Source of the DNA: a virus
Taxonomy: Duplodnaviria > Caudoviricetes
DNA length: 57,977 bases
Direction: 5' to 3' (one strand)
IMG/VR virus record: IMGVR_UViG_3300042527_000500
Span: 1-57,977 of that record
Positions within the stretch are counted from its first letter, which is position 1; the number at the start of each line of letters is the position of its first letter. The notes beneath the pieces were generated by a model, which saw nothing but the letters and a program-made list of their open reading frames with translations, made no database searches and was not told the DNA's origin. The position numbers were made by a program, and so were the translations under genes. Positions 9,738 through 20,206 of the stretch are shown one piece after another.

Positions 9738-10435
9738 ATAACACCAGCATATTCGTGTTCGTTATATTCTACATGATCGCCGCTAATATTTTCCAATAGG
9801 CTTTTAAGATTTTCGTTCTCTTTTTGCAGAGTATTTATGGCGTCTTTTGCAGTATCTAGGGCTTTAGTTAGATGATAAATTTTGTTAACGAGTTCATCGG
9901 TAACTGTATTTTTCATAATCATAATATGACTCCATATTATTTTGTTACGGGGATGATCTTTATTGATGCTGGCCTAGAATCGTCAAAATTTGGAACAAGA
10001 TTGTTATGAATATCAAGGGTAACTATTCTCAAAATATCTGAGACAAACTTTGCTGAAATTGTTTTGTAAAAGTTATCTTGAATATATACATCATATTCCA
10101 TAATATCGCCCTCCAAGTAAATATACACTAACTTAGTCTATTAAAGTTAAAAAATTAGCCATATGTTTAATCTGTTCTTTATTCAAGATTATTTGATCAG
10201 AATATGGCTTACCTTTTATCAAGACTTGATAAATATAGCGTAGTTTCTGCCAAAATGACATCTTATGACTATACGATGATAAATTTTCATATATTGATAG
10301 TTCAATTAGGTCATATTCGCTATCATATTCTAAAACCAAAACTTCACTTCTACAATCGCATAATATGAAAGTGGTTCTATTTTTTTCGAACTTTACCATG
10401 TTTAGTATTTTTACTTTTTCGGAAAATTCTTTCAT
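9734..10435 (-). other. three small hypothetical CDS (9734-9922, 9937-10101, 10133-10435)
   Basis: Tightly packed ORFs; SD motifs visible for the two shorter ones. Confidence 0.55.
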
Positions 10436-10507
10436 AGTTTTTATCCCATGTTTCTTGATCTACTAATCGTGGTCTTTTTTTGGAACCTTTTCCATTTGTA
10501 CTCATAA

Positions 10508-11212
10508 TTAATCCTCAAGAACGAAACTCCAATATCTACTATCGTCCTTCTTTTGCAGGGCGTCCCAGTAAATAGATCGAGCAATATAGGAAGGGATCTT
10601 GTGCTTACCACAATTAACCATCCAGTGACGCTCCATCTTTTTATAAATGGTGGAGCCGCTCTTACTCTTATTATACTTGAGATGTTCCATATCGTAAAGT
10701 CGAAGTTGATGAACGTCACCACACAATACTCTTGCCTCATTCGGATGAATCATTTCAAGAGCAAAACTAATCTTAGCCAACCCAATGCCACTGATCTTGT
10801 TCAGAATACTGTCACGCTTTTTAACATGGCCTTTCTTAGTGGTAAAATAAAAGTCTTTAGGATTGGCCCAAAACTTCTCGCTAAAGTCCCAAATATAATT
10901 GGTTCTATTATTGTGAAGTCCAACACCACTCTTATGGAGTTTCTTCAGCAGAGTTTCCTTGCTGTCGATCCACTCATTAAAATTCTTGATAGCATTGTAT
11001 CCTGCACAATTGCCCTTCCATGTAGTATGGACGCTGCAATAGGCGAACAGATAACGGCGAAAAATATCTTCAACATTTTGAGGACGAACGCTCTCCCAAT
11101 ATTCTTTGTAAGAAACCACTTTATCTCGCGGAAAAGTTTCAAAGAAAATATCTGCCTTAGTCTTATCCATGACAGTATTTTGAACAGGAATTACAGTATT
11201 TTCAACGATCAT
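10508..11212 (-). CDS. HhH DNA N-glycosylase/AP lyase (Ogg-like)
   Basis: HhH ISGIGLAKISF with catalytic Lys, and GDVH Asp; start at MIVENT after GGAG. Confidence 0.65.
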   Translation of the reverse strand: MIVENTVIPVQNTVMDKTKADIFFETFPRDKVVSYKEYWESVRPQNVEDIFRRYLFAYCSVHTTWKGNCAGYNAIKNFNEWIDSKETLLKKLHKSGVGLHNNRTNYIWDFSEKFWANPKDFYFTTKKGHVKKRDSILNKISGIGLAKISFALEMIHPNEARVLCGDVHQLRLYDMEHLKYNKSKSGSTIYKKMERHWMVNCGKHKIPSYIARSIYWDALQKKDDSRYWSFVLED

Positions 11213-11249
11213 AGTTTTCTCCAAAGCGTGTTACGAGTGGTATGCTGCT

Positions 11250-11278
11250 ATTCTACACTACTAACATCGGCTTGTCAA
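11250..11278 (-). promoter_or_regulatory. nested sigma70/sigma28-like promoter
   Basis: TTGACA-17-TAGAAT; TCAA-17-GCCGATGT. Confidence 0.8.
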
Positions 11279-11318
11279 GGGGCGGTTCTTGAATCGTTGT
11301 TGTATCGCTATCAACAAA

Positions 11319-12053
11319 TTAATAAATTATTGACTTATTACTGATTTCCCACATTTTTAGATCATATTTTTGCATAGTTTCTAGCCATTGTTTTTTTCTA
11401 TCATTTGGAGACATAAAATGATCTATATCAGTGGTTTTATTTTTTTTATCAGAGTATTTTTTTTGATAATATCGAGGATTAAATATAACAACTTTATCTG
11501 TTATGGCACAATTATTTTTATTATTAGCATCTAATACATTGAGGAACCACCAGTCATTCCCATAGCCACATAGTTTACCATCATAAATATCCATATATTG
11601 TTTCAGTGCTGTATTTTTAAATACAGGAAAATTCATTTCAATAAAATTAGTTATTCTATATTTATGATCTCCATCATGGAGTCTAGTTACTCTATCAATA
11701 TAAGTACTTATTTTACCATAAGGATGTTGTGCTGGTGAAATTATATCTAAGTTATAGTTATAAATATATTTGACCAAATCTTCTGGTGATCCATCCATGA
11801 ATACTCCATCGTCATCAAAAACAGAGACAGTATTATATTCGCTTAGATATTCTTTATATATTCTACTTAGGGCTATAAATTTAGTAGTTGGATAATAAAA
11901 ACATTTTTTAGCATTTTTTTCTATAAATGGTTTTGCAGAAAAGTCCTCGTAAATATTTACAAAAATATCAAAATTATTTTTATGATATTTTAAACAATAA
12001 GTAGCAAGGTCTTCATTTTTTCCGGCAGATATAAATATAGCATCCTTAATCAT
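11319..12053 (-). CDS. GT-A glycosyltransferase-like protein (DUF707-like)
   Basis: VFDDD, DIISPA, TNFIEMNFPVF, GYGNDWW. Confidence 0.6.
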   Translation of the reverse strand: MIKDAIFISAGKNEDLATYCLKYHKNNFDIFVNIYEDFSAKPFIEKNAKKCFYYPTTKFIALSRIYKEYLSEYNTVSVFDDDGVFMDGSPEDLVKYIYNYNLDIISPAQHPYGKISTYIDRVTRLHDGDHKYRITNFIEMNFPVFKNTALKQYMDIYDGKLCGYGNDWWFLNVLDANNKNNCAITDKVVIFNPRYYQKKYSDKKNKTTDIDHFMSPNDRKKQWLETMQKYDLKMWEISNKSIIY

Positions 12054-12756
12054 TGATATACCTTCTTTTTATTCCACGATATTCGTTACCTATATAAGTT
12101 GTACTATTTGAAGTATTGTCATGCGAAACTAATGGATTATTAGCATAAACCATTGTTTTATCTGGAGTAAAAATATCATTCCAAACTAAATCTGCAGGAT
12201 ATTGCATTTTAATGACAGCATCGTGATATTTTTGAATTCCTTGTCTAGAATTAAAATAGATGAACTGATTACCATATGGTGCTCTTTTTAGAAGAGAAAA
12301 ATATTGTTTACGCTCGTAAAACTTATCATCTGATGGCTCCCATAGCCAATTGCTTAAAGGTTTGTGCATGATAAATGCTTCTGAGTTGGGATACTCCTCA
12401 ATACCTTGATTAAGAATATAAAAAAATTCATCTTTAGATTTAAATAATGGGGAAATATCATCCTCCATTATAATAACTTTATCTATTCCTAGTTTTAATA
12501 TTACTTCTGTCAATAAACCAAATGAAGTTGCACAAGCAATCTCGCCCGTGTTTAATGGTCTTTTAATTTTTAAGATAGCATTTTTAGGATGATACTCGTA
12601 TATAAAATTATTATTCTCGTCTATTTCTTTTCTATCAAATGCTTCAAAAAATAGGATATTAAATCCCAATTTAGCAATCCATTCATCTTCGATTAATTGC
12701 CTACGTTCTTTGGCTCTTCTTAAGTTAATGCAAAATATTGGAATATTTTGATTCAA
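12046..12756 (-). CDS. glycosyltransferase family 25
   Basis: INLRRAKERR, FEAFD, GEIACATS, IMEDD, PAD. Confidence 0.8.
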   Translation of the reverse strand: MNQNIPIFCINLRRAKERRQLIEDEWIAKLGFNILFFEAFDRKEIDENNNFIYEYHPKNAILKIKRPLNTGEIACATSFGLLTEVILKLGIDKVIIMEDDISPLFKSKDEFFYILNQGIEEYPNSEAFIMHKPLSNWLWEPSDDKFYERKQYFSLLKRAPYGNQFIYFNSRQGIQKYHDAVIKMQYPADLVWNDIFTPDKTMVYANNPLVSHDNTSNSTTYIGNEYRGIKRRYIND

Positions 12757-12805
12757 TGGTATTTCCTTTAATAGCTTTAATTTAGTAAGATGGATATCTA
12801 TTTAG

Positions 12806-13261
12806 TTATATAATAAATTTATATAATTTGATGCGCTCGTTAACTTTTTCTAATTTTTTAGCAATATGTGTTTCATTTTTAAGTTTTCTATATGTATTAT
12901 TCATTAATTGATCATATCTAGATTTTTTAGAACAAACTCTATATATTTTATCATTACAAGACATTAGTTCTACTTCAAAATCTATTAAGTTTGTATCTTT
13001 AACTAAAATATCTAGTTTAGTTAGATTAAATAGACACCTATACAATAAGTGACCATCTTTTTTAGATACTAATTTTGCAATTATAATTATACGCTTATCA
13101 TCCAACATACTCTGATTAAAATGTTGAGTTTCTATGATAATGTCTATATCGTCTATGTCTTTATAGTCTATGTGAAAAAAATCAGCACAACTACCAGTTA
13201 TAATACATTGATTATTTAGTAAGTCGCATACATCGGTAAGTTTTTTTAAGATTAATTCCAT
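12806..13261 (-). CDS. nucleotidyltransferase-fold protein
   Basis: ITGSCA..DIDDIDII..KLDIL (GS/DxD/D). Confidence 0.55.
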   Translation of the reverse strand: MELILKKLTDVCDLLNNQCIITGSCADFFHIDYKDIDDIDIIIETQHFNQSMLDDKRIIIIAKLVSKKDGHLLYRCLFNLTKLDILVKDTNLIDFEVELMSCNDKIYRVCSKKSRYDQLMNNTYRKLKNETHIAKKLEKVNERIKLYKFII

Positions 13262-13263
13262 CT

Positions 13264-14577
13264 CTATACTGTTCTTGTAGTTCCATGCAAAAACTTAAAA
13301 GTAGGAAATCTCAGACTAATTCCACCGTCTTGGTTTTTAGTTTCTTCAAAATATTGAACCGTAATAATCTTTCCAAGAATCTTACTAGGGTCTTGATAAA
13401 ACTCTTGACGCTGCTCAATAGTGAAACCACTACCAACTCGTACAATATTATTCTTATGTTGAATCATAACACAACTCAACATTGTTTCTTCCCATTCAGC
13501 ACTATCTTTAACATATCTGAAATCACCCATTTCAGTATCAATTACTTTATATTCGTTATCAAAAAATTTCTTAACCTTTAGCAAGTCTTTGCTTCGTTTG
13601 CCTTTATACGGTTCGTCAGCACGAAGCATGACTCCTTCCCATTTGTAATCAGTAGCATAGTCTGTCCATTGCAGAAAATCATCATCGTTTTCAATTTTAC
13701 ATTGTGCCAATACACTAAGACAAGTACAAGTATTATCTCTCATAACTTCTCGCAGATTATTGTAACGAATAGAATAAGGACGATTCTTTTCGCCCTTCTT
13801 ACTATAAAATTCGTCATGACTAATCATATCAAAAATCTTATATGACGGATTAGGGATGGTATGATCCTTCTTTTTTAGTTGCTTCATAATTCCCTGAAAA
13901 TCCTCATTGCCTTCGTCATCAACCAGACAAAGTTCGCCGTCAAATACTACATCAGCAATGCCAAGAGCCTTAATGCCACCAGCAACAATACCAAGAGTAT
14001 CAAATTCCTTTCCTGTGCGGGAATAGAAGGTAGTATCGCCATTACTATCAACAATAGCAATACATCTAGCGCCGTCAATCTTTCTAGAGACATACCATCC
14101 ATCCTTCCAGTCTACAAGTTTAGGCTCATACTTATCTGCCAGAGCAACACTAAATTCTGGAATATGATTAGGAATAGCCTTATTGATAATCTTGTCTCCA
14201 GCACGGGTTTTCAAGTCCTTATCAATAATACAATGAATGAGTTCTTCGTATTCGGAATAGTGTTCAATAAAACTATTCACAGCAGAGATAGCATCGTGTC
14301 CAGTAATCTTTCGACTCTTTAGAGCATCCAGTAGATCAAAGAAATTTTTGTATTCATTTTTTCTGGCTACAAGATGATTCTTCTTCTTGAGATTATCACT
14401 AGTGATATTATATTGCCACAACGGATGATAGGTATAAAGCAAAATATTCTTGGTGAAAGATGCTGCGGCACTATTGTGTCCACAATAATCCAGAATAATT
14501 CCTTGTTTATCAATAGTGCTGCTAGTAGCACGAAGATCACGAACCATTCCCATAACATAATTAAAATCGTGAATCAT
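13264..14577 (-). CDS. lig: ATP-dependent DNA ligase
   Basis: SRKIDGARC (KxDG), FDGEL, IFD, EGVMLR, LLKVK, VGSGF, LRFP. Confidence 0.95.
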   Translation of the reverse strand: MIHDFNYVMGMVRDLRATSSTIDKQGIILDYCGHNSAAASFTKNILLYTYHPLWQYNITSDNLKKKNHLVARKNEYKNFFDLLDALKSRKITGHDAISAVNSFIEHYSEYEELIHCIIDKDLKTRAGDKIINKAIPNHIPEFSVALADKYEPKLVDWKDGWYVSRKIDGARCIAIVDSNGDTTFYSRTGKEFDTLGIVAGGIKALGIADVVFDGELCLVDDEGNEDFQGIMKQLKKKDHTIPNPSYKIFDMISHDEFYSKKGEKNRPYSIRYNNLREVMRDNTCTCLSVLAQCKIENDDDFLQWTDYATDYKWEGVMLRADEPYKGKRSKDLLKVKKFFDNEYKVIDTEMGDFRYVKDSAEWEETMLSCVMIQHKNNIVRVGSGFTIEQRQEFYQDPSKILGKIITVQYFEETKNQDGGISLRFPTFKFLHGTTRTV

Positions 14578-14601
14578 TCCAATTTCTCCTTGTGTCTTTG
14601 C

Positions 14602-14630
14602 AGTATACCATACTGTATCAGCACTGTCAA
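14602..14630 (-). promoter_or_regulatory. sigma70-type promoter for the ligase gene (variant GCTGATA box)
   Basis: TTGACA-17-TATACT. Confidence 0.75.
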
Positions 14631-15142
14631 GTCTTTTTCTTTAAGATTGCTAGGGACTGACCATGTTTAACGCTGTCAACTATCATATAATCTTCTAAAA
14701 TTGGTAAATAATTTTTTCGATCAAAAAAATCATGAACAAAAATTATAGAGTTTTTATCTATATAACTTAATGCTTTTTTGGCACATGCCACTCTTGATCT
14801 TCCATCTATAAAAATTTTATCATATTTGATATTAGATAAATTATCAATTATATTAATATAGCTAATAAAATCTTTTGGATTACTTTGTTCATGAAATATT
14901 GGTAATTTAATATCGTTATCTGGCGGACAATAGAGATATGTTATATTAGTTAAATTATTTTGATCTATGCAATCTGTTATTTTATTATACCAATTAATAT
15001 CATATTCTATGGACGTATAATGTTTAACGAATTTTGAAAAAAACAATGTAGATCCACCAGAACCCCATTCAAAACATACATCGTTAGTATCTAAATACCC
15101 AGAAATTTTTTGTATTTCATCATCACTCATCCAGGGTTTCAT
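14627..15142 (-). CDS. class I SAM-dependent methyltransferase-like (glycan-associated type)
   Basis: FEWGSGGST, SIEYD, IFIDGRSRVAC, VHD. Confidence 0.75.
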   Translation of the reverse strand: MKPWMSDDEIQKISGYLDTNDVCFEWGSGGSTLFFSKFVKHYTSIEYDINWYNKITDCIDQNNLTNITYLYCPPDNDIKLPIFHEQSNPKDFISYINIIDNLSNIKYDKIFIDGRSRVACAKKALSYIDKNSIIFVHDFFDRKNYLPILEDYMIVDSVKHGQSLAILKKKT

Positions 15143-15146
15143 TTGA

Positions 15147-15485
15147 TTATTTTTTACGACTTAATAAATAATTCATAGCATTTACAATACCTTTCAGATT
15201 GTCTCCTAATTTTCCTAATCCAGTATTACAACGCTCACAAATCCAGCCTCTAAAACTATCATCAGAATGATCGTGATCCAAACACCATTTTAATGGCACT
15301 TTTTTACAACACTCACATACCTCTGGACGAGGCGGGGCTTTTTTATGAAGTTTACCGCGAACTTTACACTGTTTTTTAACACATCTTTTACAGCGACTGT
15401 CTAAATTATCTTTGTACATACTATGCTTAGGAAAACTTCCTTTGTTTTTTCTTTTGCCACAATATGAACAAATTTTTCTGGACAT
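15147..15485 (-). CDS. endonuclease VII-like nuclease
   Basis: CECC..LDHDH..FRGWICERCNTGLG; N-terminal CxxC pairs. Confidence 0.85.
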   Translation of the reverse strand: MSRKICSYCGKRKNKGSFPKHSMYKDNLDSRCKRCVKKQCKVRGKLHKKAPPRPEVCECCKKVPLKWCLDHDHSDDSFRGWICERCNTGLGKLGDNLKGIVNAMNYLLSRKK

Positions 15486-15494
15486 AATATTAAA

Positions 15495-15850
15495 TGGAGG
15501 CGAGGGGAGTCGAACCCCTGTCTTATCATAATCTCAAAAATATCTTCTACAAGTTTATTTCATTCATAAGTTAAATCAGAATATAGAACGAACAAGATTT
15601 TTCTGATCTTACCAACTGCTCTTAACCTACAACCCGTTGGATATTGTAAGTGCAGAGGGATTTAACGACAGACTTTTGATCGCTACCCTCATTCGCAATC
15701 GCAGTCTGTTACTGCCCGTTTTAGTTAGGCAGCAAGGGCTAACTGAGTTTCGCCAGTTAAAGCGTTTTAATCGACTTTTAAAGTGGCCTGTCGATCAACC
15801 ACTACTTGCTAATATAATTTTAATTATGTAATCGAATCCGTTACGCCCCC
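15495..15850 (-). ncRNA. ssrA: tmRNA, tag (A)GETQLALAA
   Basis: 5' GGGGGCG..GGATTCGA, 3' GACAGGGGTTCGACTCCCCTCGCCTCCA with G3.U70; pk1; tag ORF 15754-15725 after TTAACT. Confidence 0.95.
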
Positions 15851-16092
15851 TAACTACTGAATTTCGTTGGTGGAACTATTTGATATCTTTCATTATCAAG
15901 ACGATTAATCTCTTCACGAAAACGATCAAATTGATCCGGTGTAACCCAAGGATTACATCCTGTAATAAAATCTTGAAGAATAAGAATTCTATTATAGAAT
16001 ATAATATTCATTCCGATTGAAAAAAGTAATATTCCAACAAGAAAGGTATATATCGAAAGATGTTTTGAGCGACAAGTCATTTTATTGCTCAT
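15850..16092 (-). CDS. small membrane protein
   Basis: One TM segment. Confidence 0.55.
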   Translation of the reverse strand: MSNKMTCRSKHLSIYTFLVGILLFSIGMNIIFYNRILILQDFITGCNPWVTPDQFDRFREEINRLDNERYQIVPPTKFSS

Positions 16093-16323
16093 TTCTATTG
16101 TAGGAAATTGCTATCATTTTGGAATACATATCACGATCAATTTGATTTATTTTCTCTGCTTTTACTAAGGCGTCATAATGTAAACAATTAAAAGAAAAAG
16201 AACCAAAAAGTAATGACAATAAAAAAACTAGAGTTAGTCTATATTTCATATATTATTCTCTTTTTAAAGGCGGGACTGATTTCTCAGTTAAAAGGTAGGA
16301 GTAATACTATACACCATGTTTAA

Positions 16324-16397
16324 TCCGACTACTAGGACTTGAACCTAGAACCTTGAAATTATGAGTTTCCTGCTCTGACCAATTGAGCTATAGTCGG
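16324..16397 (-). tRNA. tRNA(CAT), probably Ile2 (lysidine substrate)
   Basis: CCGACTA acceptor, CT-CAT-AA loop, A73; 5 nt downstream of the tilS stop. Confidence 0.85.
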
Positions 16398-16402
16398 GTA
16401 TT

Positions 16403-17050
16403 TTAAGTATTCTGTTTTATATCAGTAATAAGTTTGATAATTTTTCTTTGTGCAAATTTTTCTAATGATAGTTTATTCTCTTTCATTTGAGGAATAATAA
16501 AATTCCTGATCCAATTCCTGCGACTGCCCTTTATAATAGAGTTGGTTTCGTCATCAACAACATACCTCACCAAATCGTTTCTGTCAACATACTGTTTAAA
16601 GTCTTTTTTTCTTGTGAGTAAAAAGGGATGTAAAATTGAAAACGAATTAAAATTAGAAATTAGTGAAAAGACATCATTATTTGGCTGACCTCTAAAACAA
16701 TTAAGTAAATAACTTTCTACCCAATCATTAATATGGTGTGCAGTAATAATGCTACCTTTCTTAACAATTTTACTATAGAAATTTAATCTAGCATTTCTGC
16801 AATCTTTTTCTGTATTAAGATTTTTACCAATCCCAACATGACCAGACAAACCAAGGCTTGTGCAGAAGTGCAGAAATTTTTCCATCATAATAAAATTTTG
16901 ATCTCTTAAATTATGATTAAAATGAATAGGGATTAAACTATATCCTTTGCTTTGTAAATAGTGAATAGCGGCAACACTATCTACGCCCATAGAAACAGCA
17001 ACATAATATGTTCTATTTTTGGGTAAAATTTCCTTAATCGTCCTAATCAT
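16403..17050 (-). CDS. tilS: tRNA(Ile)-lysidine synthetase (catalytic domain only)
   Basis: AVSMGVDS PP-loop, HFNHNLR, TAHHINDWVES, DETN..RNWIR. Confidence 0.9.
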   Translation of the reverse strand: MIRTIKEILPKNRTYYVAVSMGVDSVAAIHYLQSKGYSLIPIHFNHNLRDQNFIMMEKFLHFCTSLGLSGHVGIGKNLNTEKDCRNARLNFYSKIVKKGSIITAHHINDWVESYLLNCFRGQPNNDVFSLISNFNSFSILHPFLLTRKKDFKQYVDRNDLVRYVVDDETNSIIKGSRRNWIRNFIIPQMKENKLSLEKFAQRKIIKLITDIKQNT

Positions 17051-17172
17051 TATGATATAATTCTTTTATCGTCCTTATTTCTGCTTCATACTTTTTAATA
17101 TTTTCATACATCTCATTACAACTCACACAAAAATCTGATGAGATATACGCTTTACAATCATGTATCTTATCT

Positions 17173-17595
17173 TCAAGATCCCTGATCTTTCTTCTTATTT
17201 CTTCGTTTGACGGATTCGTCATTGGATTTTCTCTTTTTCTTTACAGTGGTTTGTTTATTAAGTTCGGGATTAGCCCAAAAAATCATCTCATTGGTTTTAT
17301 CATCCCAAGCACATTGAACCAAATCCTTTGCTGCAAGTTTAGCCAGTCCAACATTATGTATCCAAGTCACAGTAGACTCATAAATTTTTTCGTTAGCATC
17401 TTCATTCAAAAGAGGACGATCATTATCATCAAAACCAATACATTCATTCTTAACCAAATTAATCATTTGTTTTAGACTAATATAGTCATCTAGATTATCG
17501 TTGTTTGAGTCTGAACACAGACTATAGGCAGCAGCCTGCCTCATTTCTGAGGCGTATCCTTCGATATTTGTAATAGCGTAAAGATCGTTGTCCAT
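17173..17595 (-). CDS. hypothetical protein
   Basis: Start MDNDLY after GGGAG; C-terminal LAAKDLVQCAWDD..IFW resembles that of 910-1338. Confidence 0.6.
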   Translation of the reverse strand: MDNDLYAITNIEGYASEMRQAAAYSLCSDSNNDNLDDYISLKQMINLVKNECIGFDDNDRPLLNEDANEKIYESTVTWIHNVGLAKLAAKDLVQCAWDDKTNEMIFWANPELNKQTTVKKKRKSNDESVKRRNKKKDQGS

Positions 17596-17610
17596 TTTAT
17601 AGTCTCCCAA

Positions 17611-17880
17611 TTAGATATATTTAGATACACCTTTATCAGATTCAAAAAATAGTTTATCTTCTATTCTACGAAGAGTATAATCCATACTATATTCTCCACG
17701 AGGAAGATATCGAGTATTATCTGTTAGTGCGGTTTTAATTTGGACAATCCAATGTTGTGATGCCACAGCATATTCTTCTGGAAAATTTGCCCCAAGAATG
17801 GCCTGAATTTCGTTCAGATTATTCTCTATTTGCTCTCTATATGAATAGAGTTTAGAAAGTGACTCGCTTTTATTACTCAT
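17611..17880 (-). CDS. hypothetical protein
   Basis: 89-aa ORF, ATGA coupling. Confidence 0.6.
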   Translation of the reverse strand: MSNKSESLSKLYSYREQIENNLNEIQAILGANFPEEYAVASQHWIVQIKTALTDNTRYLPRGEYSMDYTLRRIEDKLFFESDKGVSKYI

Positions 17881-18284
17881 ACAGTATGTTCTTTCTGCTT
17901 AAGTTTAATCAGTTTGTGTTTGGTTTTCCAAACTCCTGTTTCCTTATTCTGAATATCTCCGCCCATATAGATATGAGCAAATCCGGTACTCTTATCAATA
18001 CCCCAAGCAAGAATACCATTCTCATCTATTGATTCAACAACGAATTTGCCTCTATAACCCATAGGAATAAATTCACCCCTGCTAACGAAGTATGGGCCTC
18101 CACCAACCTTGATTCTGTCTCCCTTTACAAGTTCACGCCAGTTAACATTCTGAATAATCTTTGTATTCTTAGCCTCTTTGCTCTTTGGCTTGAAAACAAA
18201 AACATAATTGCATTTGGAGCAGCAATATGCTCGCGGTCCAGTTTCGTGATTGCATTTCGGACAAGTTTTTTTACCTTTGGGCAT
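17877..18284 (-). CDS. Zn-ribbon-containing protein
   Basis: CPKC..CSKC N-terminus; AAGGAG SD; own promoter. Confidence 0.7.
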   Translation of the reverse strand: MPKGKKTCPKCNHETGPRAYCCSKCNYVFVFKPKSKEAKNTKIIQNVNWRELVKGDRIKVGGGPYFVSRGEFIPMGYRGKFVVESIDENGILAWGIDKSTGFAHIYMGGDIQNKETGVWKTKHKLIKLKQKEHTV

Positions 18285-18311
18285 CGTTTATCTCCTTTGA
18301 AGTATGCTCTA

Positions 18312-18339
18312 AGTATACATCAGTTATCGGCGTTGTCAA
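18312..18339 (-). promoter_or_regulatory. nested sigma70/sigma28-like promoter
   Basis: TTGACA-16-TATACT; TAAA-17-GCCGATAA. Confidence 0.8.
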
Positions 18340-18344
18340 GTGGT

Positions 18345-18782
18345 CTACTTTAGAAAAATTCCACTAGGGCCACTCATAATTTCAAGTTTGCCAGGATTAT
18401 AATGACAAAAATAACTGCTGTGGATACGCTTCTTAGTCAGATTATCTTCTTCAATTTCAATATAGACATTAACTCGATAACGATTTTCCCAGACATTAAT
18501 AATCTTAGTCATAAGATGATGCTTAGGTTTTTCAACTTGCTTAAACAAGAGGCTTTCGATTTCTAATTCCATTTAAACAGTCTCCATGTTTGTCTTAGAA
18601 GTATCAATACTCAAAGAAATCTTATTATCTGGCATTTGAATAAAATCAGTGGGATAATATTCTAGTGTTTCAAAATCAAATACCTGTACAGGTTCTTGCC
18701 AAGGGAAACTGCCGGGATTATTAATATCGTTTGCTCTTTCATATAGGAAGTTATACAAGTCTAACCAAGTCATTTTATTCAT
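18345..18782 (-). other. two small hypothetical CDS (18345-18572, 18573-18782)
   Basis: Abutting ORFs. Confidence 0.55.
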
Positions 18783-18997
18783 CTGGCTCTCCTGTTTGCA
18801 CGATCAAGGATACGAATAGTTTGTTTTGCATTACTTGGAACCATAACAAGACTAGGGGCAGTTTTATGTCCCCAATCCATAAATCCTACTGCTTTTGACT
18901 CAACAGAACAACTCAAACAAGTTGCTCGTCTATTAGTTTCAATTAGAAAGTCTGCTCGTCCTTCTGGAATTTCAGTTGTACAATAAATACAGTTCAT
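18779..18997 (-). CDS. TraR/DksA-type C4 zinc-finger protein
   Basis: CIYC..EIPEGR..TCLSCS. Confidence 0.6.
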   Translation of the reverse strand: MNCIYCTTEIPEGRADFLIETNRRATCLSCSVESKAVGFMDWGHKTAPSLVMVPSNAKQTIRILDRANRRAR

Positions 18998-19016
18998 GGT
19001 TTCCTCCGTACAGCGG

Positions 19017-19044
19017 ATTATACCATAATCATCGGCATTGTCAA
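19017..19044 (-). promoter_or_regulatory. nested sigma70/sigma28-like promoter
   Basis: TTGACA-16-TATAAT; TCAAG..GCCGATGA. Confidence 0.8.
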
Positions 19045-19476
19045 GGACTCTACTTGAATGGAATCTCCAAAACTGTCACTAAAACTGCCATCATCGTTGC
19101 TATAATAGACAGTGTTTAATCCAACAGCATTAAGAAGTTTATCACAATTTTCGCATGGCTTACTTCCTAAAACCAATCCCTTTCTGTTGATACGCATAAC
19201 AACAATTGACCAATTAGGATCAATGGTATTATACTTATCCAAAAGTTTAGAAATAAGACGAGATTCAGAATGATAATAAGGAAACTCCTTGTATTTTTCC
19301 AGATTAAAATCTTCTCCAATTCTATAAGCACCAGTATGCGTTTTAATCGGGTTATTTTGGGTGAAACAAATCATTTTCTGACCATCAAATGCGGCAGAAT
19401 AATGATAACACCTAATCAGAGGATTTGGACTCCAATTTTGGTATGCTTTGCGAATTGTTTTGTTTATTATTTTCAT
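19018..19476 (-). CDS. cytidine/dCMP deaminase-fold protein
   Basis: HSE and SKPCENC Zn-binding motifs. Confidence 0.75.
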   Translation of the reverse strand: MKIINKTIRKAYQNWSPNPLIRCYHYSAAFDGQKMICFTQNNPIKTHTGAYRIGEDFNLEKYKEFPYYHSESRLISKLLDKYNTIDPNWSIVVMRINRKGLVLGSKPCENCDKLLNAVGLNTVYYSNDDGSFSDSFGDSIQVESLTMPMIMV

Positions 19477-19759
19477 TGTTTATCCAAACATCATTTTCCA
19501 TCTCAATATCGTACTTATAATCTGATGGTAGCGGTGTTAAATTTACTCTTTTATTTTCAGGATTATCTGTTAGTTTTATTCTTTTTGGTTCTTTCATGAT
19601 TATATCCTCATTTTGATGCTAACATATATAATCCAACATTAGCAAAAGCATATCCAATGTATGTTATTAACATACCAATATTACGATGAACCATATACTG
19701 TTCTAATGCAACATATAAATAACAGCAGCCAGTAAAAGCAATTAACCAAGCACTCATAA

Positions 19760-20206
19760 TTAATGATCCTTATTTTTATGATGATCTAAGACTTCTTCAC
19801 ATAGTAGAATAAATTCATGATAAAGCAAGTTTCCTTTTGCTTGATTAGCATCTTTACAAGCAATATTGCAATTATCTAATGTATTAGAGCCACCTTTATC
19901 TTTAGGAATAATATGGTCTAAATGATATGATTTTCCATCAAGTAAGTCTATTTTTCGACCAGTTAAATAGCATACTGGGTTATCCCCTATTTTTTCTAAC
20001 AAATCTTTTACTTTAAATGTCACTGGTGGATACTTCCATTGTTTTTTATCTCGATGAAATCTTTTAATTTTATTGTTAAGTATTGTATTAATATCTTTTT
20101 CTTTAGATGGAACTGGTATATATTTTGGTTTATTTTTATAATTATCTCTATTACCTCTAAAATTTTCTATCTTTTTAGAGAAAATATGATTTATACTTTT
20201 TGACAT
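19760..20206 (-). CDS. HNH endonuclease
   Basis: CYLTG..HLDHIIPKDKGGSNTLDN..ANQAK. Confidence 0.85.
   Translation of the reverse strand: MSKSINHIFSKKIENFRGNRDNYKNKPKYIPVPSKEKDINTILNNKIKRFHRDKKQWKYPPVTFKVKDLLEKIGDNPVCYLTGRKIDLLDGKSYHLDHIIPKDKGGSNTLDNCNIACKDANQAKGNLLYHEFILLCEEVLDHHKNKDH

Noticed and set aside
15637-15831. Plus-strand 64-aa ORF
   Set aside because: Antisense to the tmRNA.
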